DNA of 49,027 bases from Chloroflexota bacterium (GTDB taxonomy: Bacteria > Chloroflexota > Dehalococcoidia > Lucifugimonadales > Lucifugimonadaceae). The stretch lies in contig JADFHP010000001.1 of NCBI GenBank assembly GCA_022567135.1, positions 1 through 49,027 on the forward strand, in the 5' to 3' direction. The position numbers and the translations under genes were made by a program. Shown one piece after another: positions 7,740-16,550 of the stretch. The first letter of the stretch is position 1. Every line of letters begins with the position of its first letter. The notes beneath the pieces were generated by a model that saw only the letters and a list, made by a program, of their open reading frames with translations, was not told where the DNA came from and did no database searches.

Positions 7740-8750
7740 ATGGCGTCTGCTGAACTCATTACGGCCTCCCAGCACATTCTCGACCAGCAGCGCCTTCACC
7801 ACCCGACGGCCTCGGGCGAATTTTCTCTGCTGCTAAGCGGGGTGACGTTGGCCTGCAAAATGATCGCCGCCGAAGTCCGCCGACTTGGGCTCACGGGACT
7901 GCCGGGCGGCACAGGAAATGTCAATGTGCAGGGCGAAGAGCAGCAGGGCCTCGACGTGTTCGCCAACAACGCACTTCTCCACACGCTCGGGCACCGCGGC
8001 ATAGTGGGCGTACTGGCGTCGGAAGAGAACGAAGACCCGATCGTCGTGCTCAAAGATCCGAAGCACGGCAAATACGTTGTCATCTTCGATCCGCTCGACG
8101 GTTCGAGCAACATCGACGTGAATGTCAGCGTCGGTACGATCTTTTCCATCTTCCGACGCGATATCAATAACGGGGATAAGCCGGCCGATGACGTGTTGCA
8201 GATGGGCCACCAACAGATCGCCGCCGGCTATGTGCTCTACGGCTCGTCGACGATGTTGGTCTACACCACCGGCGATGGCGTGTTTGGTTTCACACTCGAT
8301 CCGTCCATCGGCGCTTTCGTGCTCAGCCATCCCAAGATCAAGATGCCCGATCGCGGCTCGACCTATTCGGTGAACGAAGCATATGCCGACAGCTTTCCGC
8401 CCTTTTGCCGTCGCTTCTTGCACTGGGTCAAGTCGGGCGAAGATGATATCGCCTACAAGTCGCGTTACATCGGCTCGCTGGTGGCCGACTTTCACCGAAC
8501 ATTGCTCAAAGGCGGGATCTTCTTGTATCCCCCTACCGCTAGCTATCACGAGGGTAAGTTACGATTGCTGTACGAAGCCAATCCGATCGCCATGATCGCC
8601 GAGCAGGCGGGCGGAGTCGCCACCACCGGCCACGAGCGGATCCTCGACATCGAGCCGTCCGGGCTGCACCAGCGGACGCCGTTTTACATCGGCAGCGCGC
8701 GCGAGGTTGAGCTGATCGGGCGCTTCCACGAGGGCGAGGGTCCGGGATAG
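7740..8750 (+). CDS. fbp: Fructose-1,6-bisphosphatase class 1
   Basis: 336 aa. FDPLDGSSNIDVNVSVGTIFSI, YGSSTMLVYT and GGIFLYP...GKLRLLYEANP are classic FBPase-I signatures. Confidence 0.93.
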   Translation: MASAELITASQHILDQQRLHHPTASGEFSLLLSGVTLACKMIAAEVRRLGLTGLPGGTGNVNVQGEEQQGLDVFANNALLHTLGHRGIVGVLASEENEDPIVVLKDPKHGKYVVIFDPLDGSSNIDVNVSVGTIFSIFRRDINNGDKPADDVLQMGHQQIAAGYVLYGSSTMLVYTTGDGVFGFTLDPSIGAFVLSHPKIKMPDRGSTYSVNEAYADSFPPFCRRFLHWVKSGEDDIAYKSRYIGSLVADFHRTLLKGGIFLYPPTASYHEGKLRLLYEANPIAMIAEQAGGVATTGHERILDIEPSGLHQRTPFYIGSAREVELIGRFHEGEGPG

Positions 8751-8754
8751 GGAA

Positions 8755-8848
8755 TCACCCAAAAGCGCAAAGAGCGCAAAGTTTTTAATATATTAATTCC
8801 GGATTTTTTCTATCTTCCCCCTTCGCGCCATTGCGCCTTGGCGTGAGA
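8755..8848. repeat. Repeat family B, complete element: 3x(G)CGCAAAG arm, 39-bp AT-rich core, inverted arm
   Basis: The left arm (8755-8781) reads tcacccaaaagcgcaaagagcgcaaag. The core is tttttaatatattaattccggattttttctatcttcccc. The right arm (8821-8848) reads cttcgcgccattgcgccttggcgtgaga, whose reverse complement is tctcacgccaaggcgcaatggcgcgaag. Confidence 0.75.
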
Positions 8849-8917
8849 TCTCTTCTCCCCTTTGCGCGATGAGATGAGCGCGCACATAATCGTGGCGGCA
8901 AACCACGGAGAAGAAAG

Positions 8918-10087
8918 ATGTCAAAGCTGCGAATTACGAAGATAGAAGTCCACGAGTTCCAGTTCGAGATGAATGACGTTGGGAAGGATTACAACGGCTT
9001 CAACCTGGTCTACGAGAAGGGCGGCACGCAAACCGGTACTTCGTACGCCATGAAAGTGCACACGAACGAGGGCGTTGTGGGCGAGTATGTCGGCGGAGAC
9101 TCCCCGGGATTCGCCGAGTTCAACATGTTCGCCGACTATCTGATCGGCCGCGACCCGATTCAACGGGAGTTGATCTATAACGATGTGAAGCGGGCGATGC
9201 GGAAGTTCGACAAGATGGGGATGGGCGCAATCGACATCGCCCTCTGGGACCTGGCCGGCAAATACTATGGAGCGCCGGTCTACGAGATGCTGGGCGGCTG
9301 GCGGACGTCGCTGACCTGCTACGCATCGACGATGCACGGCGACCGGAACGGCGGACTGGACAGCCCGCAGGCGTTCGCCGACTTCGCGCTCCAGTGCAAG
9401 GAGATGGGCTACCCCGCCTTCAAGATTCACGGCTGGGGCGACTACGACATCGACCAGGAGATCGAGACGGTCCACGCGGTCCGCGGAGCGGTGGGACCAA
9501 AAATGAACCTGATGATCGACCCGGCGTGCGAGATCAACACGTGGGTGGAGACTGTGAAGCTCGGCAAGGCCTGCGACGAGGCGAACTACACGTGGCTGGA
9601 AGACCCGTATAAGGACACCGGAATCTCCATGCACGGCCACAAGCAGCTGCGGACGGTGATCAAGACGCCGCTGCTCCAGACGGAGCACATACGCGGCCTT
9701 GAGCAGCACGTTGACTTCATCGCATCCGGCGCCACGGACATTGTGCGAGTAGACCCGGACTACGACGCCGGGATCACGGGCGCGATGAAGATCGTGCACG
9801 CCGCTGAAGGTTTCGGACTGGACGTTGAGATCCACTCGCCCGGCCCCGCGCAGCGCGCCGTGATGGCCGCCACGCGCAACACGAACTACTACGAGATGGC
9901 GTTGCTTCATCCGAATACGCCGGAGATCGGCCGCTGCCACGAGGTATACGCCGACGGCTACCGGGACGCCACGGACGCGATTGATTCGAATGGCCAGGTG
10001 CCGGTGCCGGACGGGCCGGGGCTGGGCGTGGAGTACGACTGGGACTTCATCATGAAGAACCGCACCGGCGGGCGCGAGTATTCGTAG
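8918..10087 (+). CDS. Enolase-superfamily enzyme (mandelate racemase/muconate lactonizing enzyme family; dehydratase or epimerase)
   Basis: 389 aa. It has GAIDIALWDLAGKYYGAPVYEMLGG, candidate metal-ligand segments MIDPA and WLEDP, and a TIM-barrel-like layout. Confidence 0.85.
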   Translation: MSKLRITKIEVHEFQFEMNDVGKDYNGFNLVYEKGGTQTGTSYAMKVHTNEGVVGEYVGGDSPGFAEFNMFADYLIGRDPIQRELIYNDVKRAMRKFDKMGMGAIDIALWDLAGKYYGAPVYEMLGGWRTSLTCYASTMHGDRNGGLDSPQAFADFALQCKEMGYPAFKIHGWGDYDIDQEIETVHAVRGAVGPKMNLMIDPACEINTWVETVKLGKACDEANYTWLEDPYKDTGISMHGHKQLRTVIKTPLLQTEHIRGLEQHVDFIASGATDIVRVDPDYDAGITGAMKIVHAAEGFGLDVEIHSPGPAQRAVMAATRNTNYYEMALLHPNTPEIGRCHEVYADGYRDATDAIDSNGQVPVPDGPGLGVEYDWDFIMKNRTGGREYS

Positions 10088-10099
10088 GGGAGGAAAGTC

Positions 10100-10178
10100 T
10101 CTCGCAAAGGCGCGGAGGCGCAGAGAAAGAGAATATTATTTACCCTTGATTTCTTGGCGGCTTTGCGCCTTTGCGAGA
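10100..10178. repeat. Repeat family B, complete element
   Basis: The left arm (10100-10125) reads tctcgcaaaggcgcggaggcgcagag. The 27-bp core is aaagagaatattatttacccttgattt. The reverse complement of the right arm (10153-10178) reads tctcgcaaaggcgcaaagccgccaag. Confidence 0.8.
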
Positions 10179-10201
10179 GGTCTTGATTCCCGGGGAGGAT
10201 C

Positions 10202-11092
10202 ATGGGAGCGAGAGAGGCGACGACGCCGAAGGTGACGATCATCGGGTGCGGGACGCCGTCTCCGCTGCCTGACAGGTTCGGGTCGGCGCAGCTGGTGGAC
10301 ATCGCGGGCGAGAAGATTCTCTTTGATTGCGGTCCCGCTACGACGTGGAAATTGGTCCAGAACGGCGTCAGTCCGACCGAGATCAACACGGTCGTCTTCA
10401 CGCACCACCATTTCGATCACGATGCAGACTTTCCCGCCTTCATCCTGACGCGCTGGGACCAGATGGTGCCGCGCGACAGGGAGCTTTTCGTCTACGGGCC
10501 CACGCTGACGGAGGAGTTCACGAACGGGATCATCGACGAGGATAGCGGGCTTTTCCGGCACGATTGGAAGGCTCGGGTGGGCCATCTGGGCAGCCAGATC
10601 ACGTATCGGGACCGCGGCGGAGAGTTGCCGCGCTCAAAGCCGCTCGTGATTCCGAAAGACGTTGGTCCCGGCGTGATCGTCGAGACCGACAACTACCGGA
10701 TCACCGGCGCGCCGGCCGAGCATGTGCAACCGTTTCTCGACTCGCTTGCGTACAGGGTTGATACAGACGAGGGCAGCCTGGTGATCACCGGGGACACCCG
10801 CCCGTGCGACTCGGTGACCGACCTGGCGAGGGGTGCGGATGTGCTGATGATGATGTGCTGGGAATCCCACGACCGGATCTCCGCGAGCGATCACGACATC
10901 GCGACGTGCAGCATTCGCGGCGCCGCGGAGACGGCTGCGGAGGCAGGGGTGAAGCAGCTGGTGATGGTGCACATCGGCGGACGCCTGACGAAGCCTGAAA
11001 ATGCCGAGGCGAACGAGCGGGAGGCCCGGTCGGCATGGGGCGGCGAGCTGGTCTGGGGACATGAGCAGATGGTGGTTCCTTGGCCGAAGTAG
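10202..11092 (+). CDS. MBL-fold metallo-hydrolase (RNase Z/beta-lactamase_2-like)
   Basis: 296 aa with the HxHxDH motif in VVFTHHHFDHDADF and an N-terminal IIGCGTPSP. Confidence 0.8.
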   Translation: MGAREATTPKVTIIGCGTPSPLPDRFGSAQLVDIAGEKILFDCGPATTWKLVQNGVSPTEINTVVFTHHHFDHDADFPAFILTRWDQMVPRDRELFVYGPTLTEEFTNGIIDEDSGLFRHDWKARVGHLGSQITYRDRGGELPRSKPLVIPKDVGPGVIVETDNYRITGAPAEHVQPFLDSLAYRVDTDEGSLVITGDTRPCDSVTDLARGADVLMMMCWESHDRISASDHDIATCSIRGAAETAAEAGVKQLVMVHIGGRLTKPENAEANEREARSAWGGELVWGHEQMVVPWPK

Positions 11093-11919
11093 AGCGCAGG
11101 GGCTTCAGACAGGAGATCAGGGACGGCCTGAACCCGCGGCTCTGGCGAACCCGCACAAAGTTCAGCCTCGGGTTGTCGGCTGCGCTCATGATCCTGCTGA
11201 TTATCACTTCGTTTCGCACTTCCACCGACCAGGTGCCACACCCGGGGGTGATCGTTGAGACCATCATCGAGGGCCGCTACGAGGACGCCCTCGTGGCGCT
11301 TGACAAACTTGAAGCGCGGTATGAGAACGAGGCGCTGGACCCGGACATCGCGTGGATAGAGGGCGAGCGCGGCTTCATCCGGCTGAAGCAGGGCCGGTAT
11401 GCAGAGGGTGTGGACATCCTCGATCGGGCGATATCGCTCGACCCGATGCAGGCCAACTACTACAACTGGCGCGCCCTGAACTTCTTCCGCCTGGGCCGGA
11501 TGGCCGACGCCGAGGCTGACTTTACGAGCGCTCTTGAGTTGGATTCCGACAACTACCTGTGGTACCTGGACAGGGGCTATTTCTATCTCGACACCGGCAA
11601 CTTCGAAAGTGCACTGCTGGATGCCCATACGGCGATAAACCTGGAACCCAGCGACCCAATGGCGTATGGATTGCGCGCCGACGCAAATGCGAGACTCGGG
11701 CGCAACGATGTTGCTCTGTTCGACCTGGACACTCTGGTCGATCTGACCCCCGGCGACTGGCGGCCATATATCACCCGCGCCAGGGTGAAGAGCGATCTGG
11801 GCGACGTGAACGGCGCAATCGCGGACCTCGACGCGGCGCTGATTCTCGGACCGACCCCGGATGGGTTGGAGGAGATCGAATTAACACGCGCAGCCATCCT
11901 CGGTGGGACCACCGATTGA
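11080..11919 (+). CDS. TPR-repeat protein with an N-terminal TM helix
   Basis: 279 aa. There is a hydrophobic segment LGLSAALMILLIITSF and several 34-residue TPR-like units (YNWRALNFFRLGRMADAEADFTSALELD...). The start overlaps the MBL gene by 13 nt. Confidence 0.7.
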   Translation: MAEVERRGFRQEIRDGLNPRLWRTRTKFSLGLSAALMILLIITSFRTSTDQVPHPGVIVETIIEGRYEDALVALDKLEARYENEALDPDIAWIEGERGFIRLKQGRYAEGVDILDRAISLDPMQANYYNWRALNFFRLGRMADAEADFTSALELDSDNYLWYLDRGYFYLDTGNFESALLDAHTAINLEPSDPMAYGLRADANARLGRNDVALFDLDTLVDLTPGDWRPYITRARVKSDLGDVNGAIADLDAALILGPTPDGLEEIELTRAAILGGTTD

Positions 11920-11932
11920 AAGTGACCCCAGC

Positions 11933-13651
11933 ATGGTCGTAACGCAGTATGACAACGTGCCTATTGAGGCCGAGTACGACCTTCCGATGGAGACGCGCGA
12001 CGGCACGGTGTTGAAGTCGGACGTCTACCGGCCGTCGGGCTCTGGAAAATACCCGACGCTGCTGCTGCGGACGCCGTACTGGAAGCAGCATCCGCGCTAC
12101 GTCAAGGCGGCGCGGGCGATGGCGGCCCGCGGGTACACCGTGGTCAACCAGGACATGCGCGGCCGCTACGCGTCGGAAGGTGAGTTCCGCTGGCAGTTCA
12201 TGCGAAACGACCTGACGTTCGATGCTGCCGACGGCTACGACAGCGTCGAGTGGGCGGCGCAGTTGCCGTCGAGCGACGGGCAGGTCGGCACGTGGGGCCA
12301 CTCGTACGACGCCTGGTGCGCGTGGCGGCTGGCGGAACTACAGCCGCCGAGCCTGAAGGCTCTGCACGCCAGCGGCATGGGCACCAATTCGCTGGAGATG
12401 AACTTCGGCGTGTTCGAGACGGGCCGCAGGCTGGAGTGGTCGTACATGATGGCCGCCGATCTGCGCCGCAGAGAGGGCGTCGAGCATGGTCCGCTCGACC
12501 CGTTCGAGGCGGTGCGTTACTGGCGTGAGGTCGAGCGCGGGAAGTGGCTCTGGTATCTGCCGCTTGACGATATACCGGAAGAGCCGTTTTCGACACTGAC
12601 GCCGCAGCTCAAGGCGTTCTATCGAGAGCAGAACGTGGAGATGTGGGACTTTTCCTCGATTCACCCGAAGGTGAACGTGCCGACCTGCACTTTCACGGGC
12701 TGGTGGGACCGGATTATCGGGACCGTCAATCAATACTCCGGCATGATCGCGAACGGGCCGGCAGAGTTTCGCGATCAGCACCGGCTGGTGGTCGGCCCGT
12801 GGAGCCACATGATGACGAATCTTCGTCGCGACCTCGGTCCGGTCGACTACGGACCAGAAGCGCAGGCGGAGTGGACCGACCTGATCACGCGCTGGTACGA
12901 CTGGCAGTTCAAGCAGATCGACAACGGCTATGCCGAAGAGCCGCCGGTGCGGCTGTTCATCGTCAACGAGAACCGGTGGCGGCTTGAGCATGAGTGGCCG
13001 CTGGCGCGCGCCGAGTACACGGACTTCTTCCTGCACAGTGACGGGGCTGCGAACACCCCTGCCGGGAACGGCTCGCTGAGCATGGACGAATCGGGCGGCG
13101 AGACGCCGGACGGCTATGCGTACGACCCGCGCGACCCGGTTATGAGCGTGATGGACATCGACGCGCAGGCGATGCCGCGCGATCAGGCGCCGCTCGACGG
13201 CAGGCGGGACGTTCTGGTCTACCAGACACCGCCGCTTGAACAGGAGATCGAGATCACCGGCCCGGTGGTGCTGAAGCTCTTCGCCGCGTCTGACGCTCCG
13301 GACACCGACTTCACGGCCAAGCTGGTGATCGTCTACGAGGACGGCACGGCTGTGAACCTGACGTACGGCATCGTGCGCGCCCGGTACCGCGACGGGTACG
13401 ACTCGCCCACGCTGCTGGAGCCGGGCGAGCCGTACGAGTACACGATCAGGCTCAACCCGGTGGGCGTCCTGATCCGGCCGGGGCAGCGGCTGCGGCTGGA
13501 TATCTCTTCATCGGACTTCCCGAACTTCGACCGCAACCACAACACGGGCGCTGATTTCTGGTCGGATGCCGAGCTTCGGACCGCGCGCCAGACCGTCTTC
13601 CACGACCGTGAGCGGCCGTCGCGGCTGATCCTGCCGGTTATACCGCGCTAG
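11933..13651 (+). CDS. CocE/NonD-family hydrolase (S15 X-Pro dipeptidyl-peptidase-like)
   Basis: Trimmed to the ATG at 11933 (MVVTQYDNVPIE...). METRDGTVLKSDVYRPSGSGKYPTLLLRTPY is the typical family N-terminus. The protein also has GTWGHSYDAW (nucleophile elbow) and a C-terminal jelly-roll region. Confidence 0.85.
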   Translation: MVVTQYDNVPIEAEYDLPMETRDGTVLKSDVYRPSGSGKYPTLLLRTPYWKQHPRYVKAARAMAARGYTVVNQDMRGRYASEGEFRWQFMRNDLTFDAADGYDSVEWAAQLPSSDGQVGTWGHSYDAWCAWRLAELQPPSLKALHASGMGTNSLEMNFGVFETGRRLEWSYMMAADLRRREGVEHGPLDPFEAVRYWREVERGKWLWYLPLDDIPEEPFSTLTPQLKAFYREQNVEMWDFSSIHPKVNVPTCTFTGWWDRIIGTVNQYSGMIANGPAEFRDQHRLVVGPWSHMMTNLRRDLGPVDYGPEAQAEWTDLITRWYDWQFKQIDNGYAEEPPVRLFIVNENRWRLEHEWPLARAEYTDFFLHSDGAANTPAGNGSLSMDESGGETPDGYAYDPRDPVMSVMDIDAQAMPRDQAPLDGRRDVLVYQTPPLEQEIEITGPVVLKLFAASDAPDTDFTAKLVIVYEDGTAVNLTYGIVRARYRDGYDSPTLLEPGEPYEYTIRLNPVGVLIRPGQRLRLDISSSDFPNFDRNHNTGADFWSDAELRTARQTVFHDRERPSRLILPVIPR

Positions 13652-13672
13652 GCGCACGGGCGGGGACGTATC

Positions 13673-13699
13673 TCTCGCAAAGGCGCCAAGGGCGCTAAG
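13673..13699 (+). repeat. Repeat family B, single (left-type) arm
   Basis: The sequence tctcgcaaaggcgccaagggcgctaag sits directly after the CocE/NonD stop. Confidence 0.65.
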
Positions 13700-13758
13700 A
13701 AGGTCGGAATATCTTGGACGGGATGCCGGGCGATCGCCCTGTTTATAATGCGGCGGTC

Positions 13759-14256
13759 ATGGACCCACGCACGGCCGTCATCGCTCCAATTGCCCTCGTT
13801 CTCGTGTCGCATTTCGTCGCGTGCGGGTCGAGTGATGACGGTGCTGCATCGGCCGGCGGCGATGCGGCCGCCGCGGCGCCGGAGGCAGAGATCGACCCGG
13901 TCGAGATCCTTCGTCCGGGCAGCACTTTCACGGTAGACAACGTGGCGGCCGCGGGCTGGAAGACGTCCCGTGAGTTGGCGGCCGAGACCCTGCCGAACGC
14001 CACGAGTGTCTGGTACGGCTTCTACAACCAGAGGGACGTTGAGGTCCGCGTATACCCATCGCACGAGTCTGCTGTCAGTGACGGTACCGGGCTCGCCGAT
14101 GTCGCCACGGGGAGGGGCAAGCCGGCGCCGTTCGCGGGGGGCGGTATCAGCGCCACACGCACGAGCTACGGGGCGTATGCCATCGTCGGGAATCTGGTCC
14201 TGCTGTGCGAGGTGCAGACCGACGACTGCGCCGGGTTGTTCGACGCTCTTCAGTAA
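13759..14256 (+). CDS. Hypothetical secreted protein/lipoprotein
   Basis: Trimmed to MDPRTAVIAPIALVLVSHFVACGSSDDG, which is a signal peptide with a lipobox-like VACG. No family recognised. A competing 329-aa antisense ORF is Arg/Ala/Ser-rich and is judged spurious. Confidence 0.45.
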   Translation: MDPRTAVIAPIALVLVSHFVACGSSDDGAASAGGDAAAAAPEAEIDPVEILRPGSTFTVDNVAAAGWKTSRELAAETLPNATSVWYGFYNQRDVEVRVYPSHESAVSDGTGLADVATGRGKPAPFAGGGISATRTSYGAYAIVGNLVLLCEVQTDDCAGLFDALQ

Positions 14257-14308
14257 GCGCAGGCAGCAGGCGTCGCCCACCGGCAGGCCGTTAGTCAGCG
14301 AAGTTGCG

Positions 14309-15313
14309 ATGGATCCGTTCATTTCCAACCCAAAAGTGGACCTGCACTTGCATGCGGAGTCGGTCGCGCGAATCGACCGACTGGTCGCCGAGCGAGAAGG
14401 GCGGCGGCCATACGACTGGGAGGCCTGGCACCGGCGTCTAATCGAGTTTCCGTCGGGAACAGCGCGACTGGAGCGGATGAACGGCGAACTGGATGTGGAT
14501 CGCTTCGGGGCGATGGACACGGATTCGGAGATGTTCCTGGCACGGGTCGAGGCCGCGCTCGAAGGCGCGGCTGTCTCCGGCGCGGTGCTCGCGGAGATTC
14601 GGTTCGGGATGGAGACCGTGTTGCGGCCTCGCTTCATGGAGCTGTTCCGCGAGGCGGAGGGGCGGGTGCGGTCGATACATCCCCGGTTTTACGGGGAAGC
14701 CTTGATCTCGCTCTGGCCGTCGAGGACTGGCGCGGATGAGGTGTTCGAGGCGTGCCTGCGGGAAGCCGAACACGGCCTGGCCGGTATCGACTTTCTCCCG
14801 GTCCCGTATGTGGAAGAGGCGGATTGGACGGTGGCGCACGGGTGGGCCTCGGCGTTCCGGGACGCCGGCCTCGGAATCACCGCCCACGCCGGGGAGTTCA
14901 GCCCGGCGAACATCTCTTCCGCGCTGGGAACGCCGGGCCTGACCCGGATTGGACACGGAATTCACGGTCTGGACAGGCCCGACCTGGTAGAGACGGTGGT
15001 TGCCTCCGGCGTTGTCCTAGAGTGTTGCGTCACATCGAATGTGTTGCTCGGCGCGGTGCCGTCCCTCGATGATCATCCATTGAGAAGGCTCGCGGCTGCC
15101 GGCATCCTGGTCACGCTCAACACCGACTGCCCTGTCCGGTTCTCAACCGATCTGGCAGTTGAATATCGGGCGGGGATGGACCTCGGCTTTTCCGACGACG
15201 AACTACGAGAGCTAACAAAGGTGGCGGTCGGGGCGTCGTTCACTTCGGAGGACCGGAAGCGAAAGATACGGAAATGGATTGAGGACAACGTCCCTGAATC
15301 CGACACGCGGTGA
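14309..15313 (+). CDS. Adenosine/adenine-deaminase-family amidohydrolase
   Basis: Trimmed to the ATG at 14309 (MDPFISNPKVDLHLHAES...). It has the HxH metal motif, ITAHAGEF, IGHGIH and TLNTDCP, where the canonical sequence is NTDDP. Confidence 0.7.
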   Translation: MDPFISNPKVDLHLHAESVARIDRLVAEREGRRPYDWEAWHRRLIEFPSGTARLERMNGELDVDRFGAMDTDSEMFLARVEAALEGAAVSGAVLAEIRFGMETVLRPRFMELFREAEGRVRSIHPRFYGEALISLWPSRTGADEVFEACLREAEHGLAGIDFLPVPYVEEADWTVAHGWASAFRDAGLGITAHAGEFSPANISSALGTPGLTRIGHGIHGLDRPDLVETVVASGVVLECCVTSNVLLGAVPSLDDHPLRRLAAAGILVTLNTDCPVRFSTDLAVEYRAGMDLGFSDDELRELTKVAVGASFTSEDRKRKIRKWIEDNVPESDTR

Positions 15314-15336
15314 CATCGGCACAGATCACCTCTAAA

Positions 15337-15363
15337 CTTTGCGGGCTTTGCGCCTTTGCGTGA
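15337..15363 (-). repeat. Repeat family B, single (right-type) arm
   Basis: The sequence reads ctttgcgggctttgcgcctttgcgtga; its reverse complement is tcacgcaaaggcgcaaagcccgcaaag. It overlaps the first ATG (15339) of the next ORF, which argues for a later start. Confidence 0.65.
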
Positions 15364-15392
15364 GTCCAGCTCCGCGACAACAGGAGACATCG

Positions 15393-16364
15393 TTGCCGTT
15401 CCCAGCGCTCTCTGAGATAACCATCCAGTTCTCGCACGTTGCGTATCCGCTCGAAGAGGAGTTTTCCAAGCGCGAGACGGGCATCGGCCACTACCAGACC
15501 TGGACGCCGGAAGACTCCCGCGCCCGCCTGCCGGAGGCGGACGTCCTGGTGGTGAGCGGGTTCTGGAACGATTCGCTGCTCGAGGTGGCGGACCGGCTGA
15601 AGTACATCCAGTCGATTGGCGCCGGCTTCGACCAGTTCCCGCTCGACATGCTGCGGGAGCGGGGGATACGGCTGGCCTCGGCGCAGGGCACGAACAAGAA
15701 CGGCGTCAGCGAGCATGCCATGGCGCTCATCCTGGGCCTGTCGCGCAAGATCCACGACGCCCGCGACAACCAGCGGAAGCATTTCTGGCGGCAGATGATC
15801 TCGGACATTCCGGCGCGCGAGGATGAGCTTGCCGGGAAGACGATGGGCATCATCGGCATGGGTCAGATCGGCTCACGCGTTGCGAAGCTGGCGAAGGCGT
15901 TCGACATGCGGGTGATCGCCACCAAGCGCGACGTCGCCAACTACGAGGGCCCGGCCGACGAGGTGTTGCCACCCGATCAGGTCGACAGGCTGTTTGCCGA
16001 GTCCGACTGGCTGGTGCTCAACTGCCCGCTGACCGACGAGACGCGCGGGATTATCGACGCGCGGGCGCTGGGGATGATGAAGCCGTCGGCATTTCTGATC
16101 AACGTGGCGCGTGGAGCGTGCGTGGACGAAGAGGCCCTGATCGAGGCGCTCAGGTCGGGAACGATCGCGGGCGCGGGACTGGACCACTTTTACGATGACC
16201 CGTTGCCGCCGGAGTCGCCGATCTGGGACCTCGACAACGTCATCGTCACGCCGCACACCGGTGGCGAAACGCAGTTGTACGAGGCCAACCTGCTGGACAT
16301 CATGATGGGCAACCTTGAGCGGCTGGCCAGTGGGGAGACGGAGCTGCATAACTCCAAGGCGTAG
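15393..16364 (+). CDS. D-isomer-specific 2-hydroxyacid dehydrogenase (NAD-binding)
   Basis: It has the Rossmann motif GIIGMGQIGSRVAKLAKAF, RGACVDEEAL and VTPHTGG. I prefer the TTG at 15393, preceded by AGGAG at 15383-15387, over the ATG at 15339, which lies inside the repeat. Confidence 0.8.
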   Translation: MPFPALSEITIQFSHVAYPLEEEFSKRETGIGHYQTWTPEDSRARLPEADVLVVSGFWNDSLLEVADRLKYIQSIGAGFDQFPLDMLRERGIRLASAQGTNKNGVSEHAMALILGLSRKIHDARDNQRKHFWRQMISDIPAREDELAGKTMGIIGMGQIGSRVAKLAKAFDMRVIATKRDVANYEGPADEVLPPDQVDRLFAESDWLVLNCPLTDETRGIIDARALGMMKPSAFLINVARGACVDEEALIEALRSGTIAGAGLDHFYDDPLPPESPIWDLDNVIVTPHTGGETQLYEANLLDIMMGNLERLASGETELHNSKA

Positions 16365-16376
16365 GCGTGCCGGATG

Positions 16377-16488
16377 CGTCGTGCCGGCGCAGGCCAGAAT
16401 CCAGAGTACTCGCGAGTGCGGGTAACCAAGCTCCAGAATGCCAACGTGATACGCCGGGGACTGGATTCTGGCCTCCGCCAGAATGACG
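16377..16488. repeat. Repeat family C, inverted pair of 28-nt palindromic units (CGTCATTCTGGC-N4-GCCAGAATCCAG type)
   Basis: 16377-16404 reads cgtcgtgccggcgcaggccagaatccag. The reverse complement of 16461-16488 reads cgtcattctggcggaggccagaatccag. The internal 8-bp stem is ATTCTGGC/GCCAGAAT. Confidence 0.75.
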
Positions 16489-16550
16489 ATGGGGCGGCCA
16501 GGGTGACGAGGGGCGGCCGGCGATTGAGCCACCGAGATTTGCCGGCAGGC

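Noticed and set aside
8921-9940. 339-aa minus-strand ORF opposite the enolase-superfamily gene. Similar long antisense ORFs occur at 19882..21120, 28870..29997, 12338..13036, 13648..14637 and 43306..43863.
   Set aside because: They are Arg/Ala/Pro/Val-rich shadow frames of well-supported genes on the other strand. None has a recognisable domain.
13970-14308. N-terminal extensions of track ORFs (13970 for the deaminase, 28631 for ftsH, 37273 for tyrS, 5774 for the coiled-coil gene, 45580 and 46169 for the receiver and aminotransferase)
   Set aside because: The extensions are Arg/Pro/Ser-rich, overlap upstream genes or repeats, and precede internal starts that give canonical family N-termini, several with a Shine-Dalgarno sequence.
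8755-15363. Family B elements as integron attC sites, or the array as integron cassettes
   Set aside because: There is no GTTRRRY/RYYYAAC core sites and no intI. The genes are large metabolic genes, some of them translationally overlapping, and the arms are tandem octamers rather than R''/L''-L'/R' boxes.
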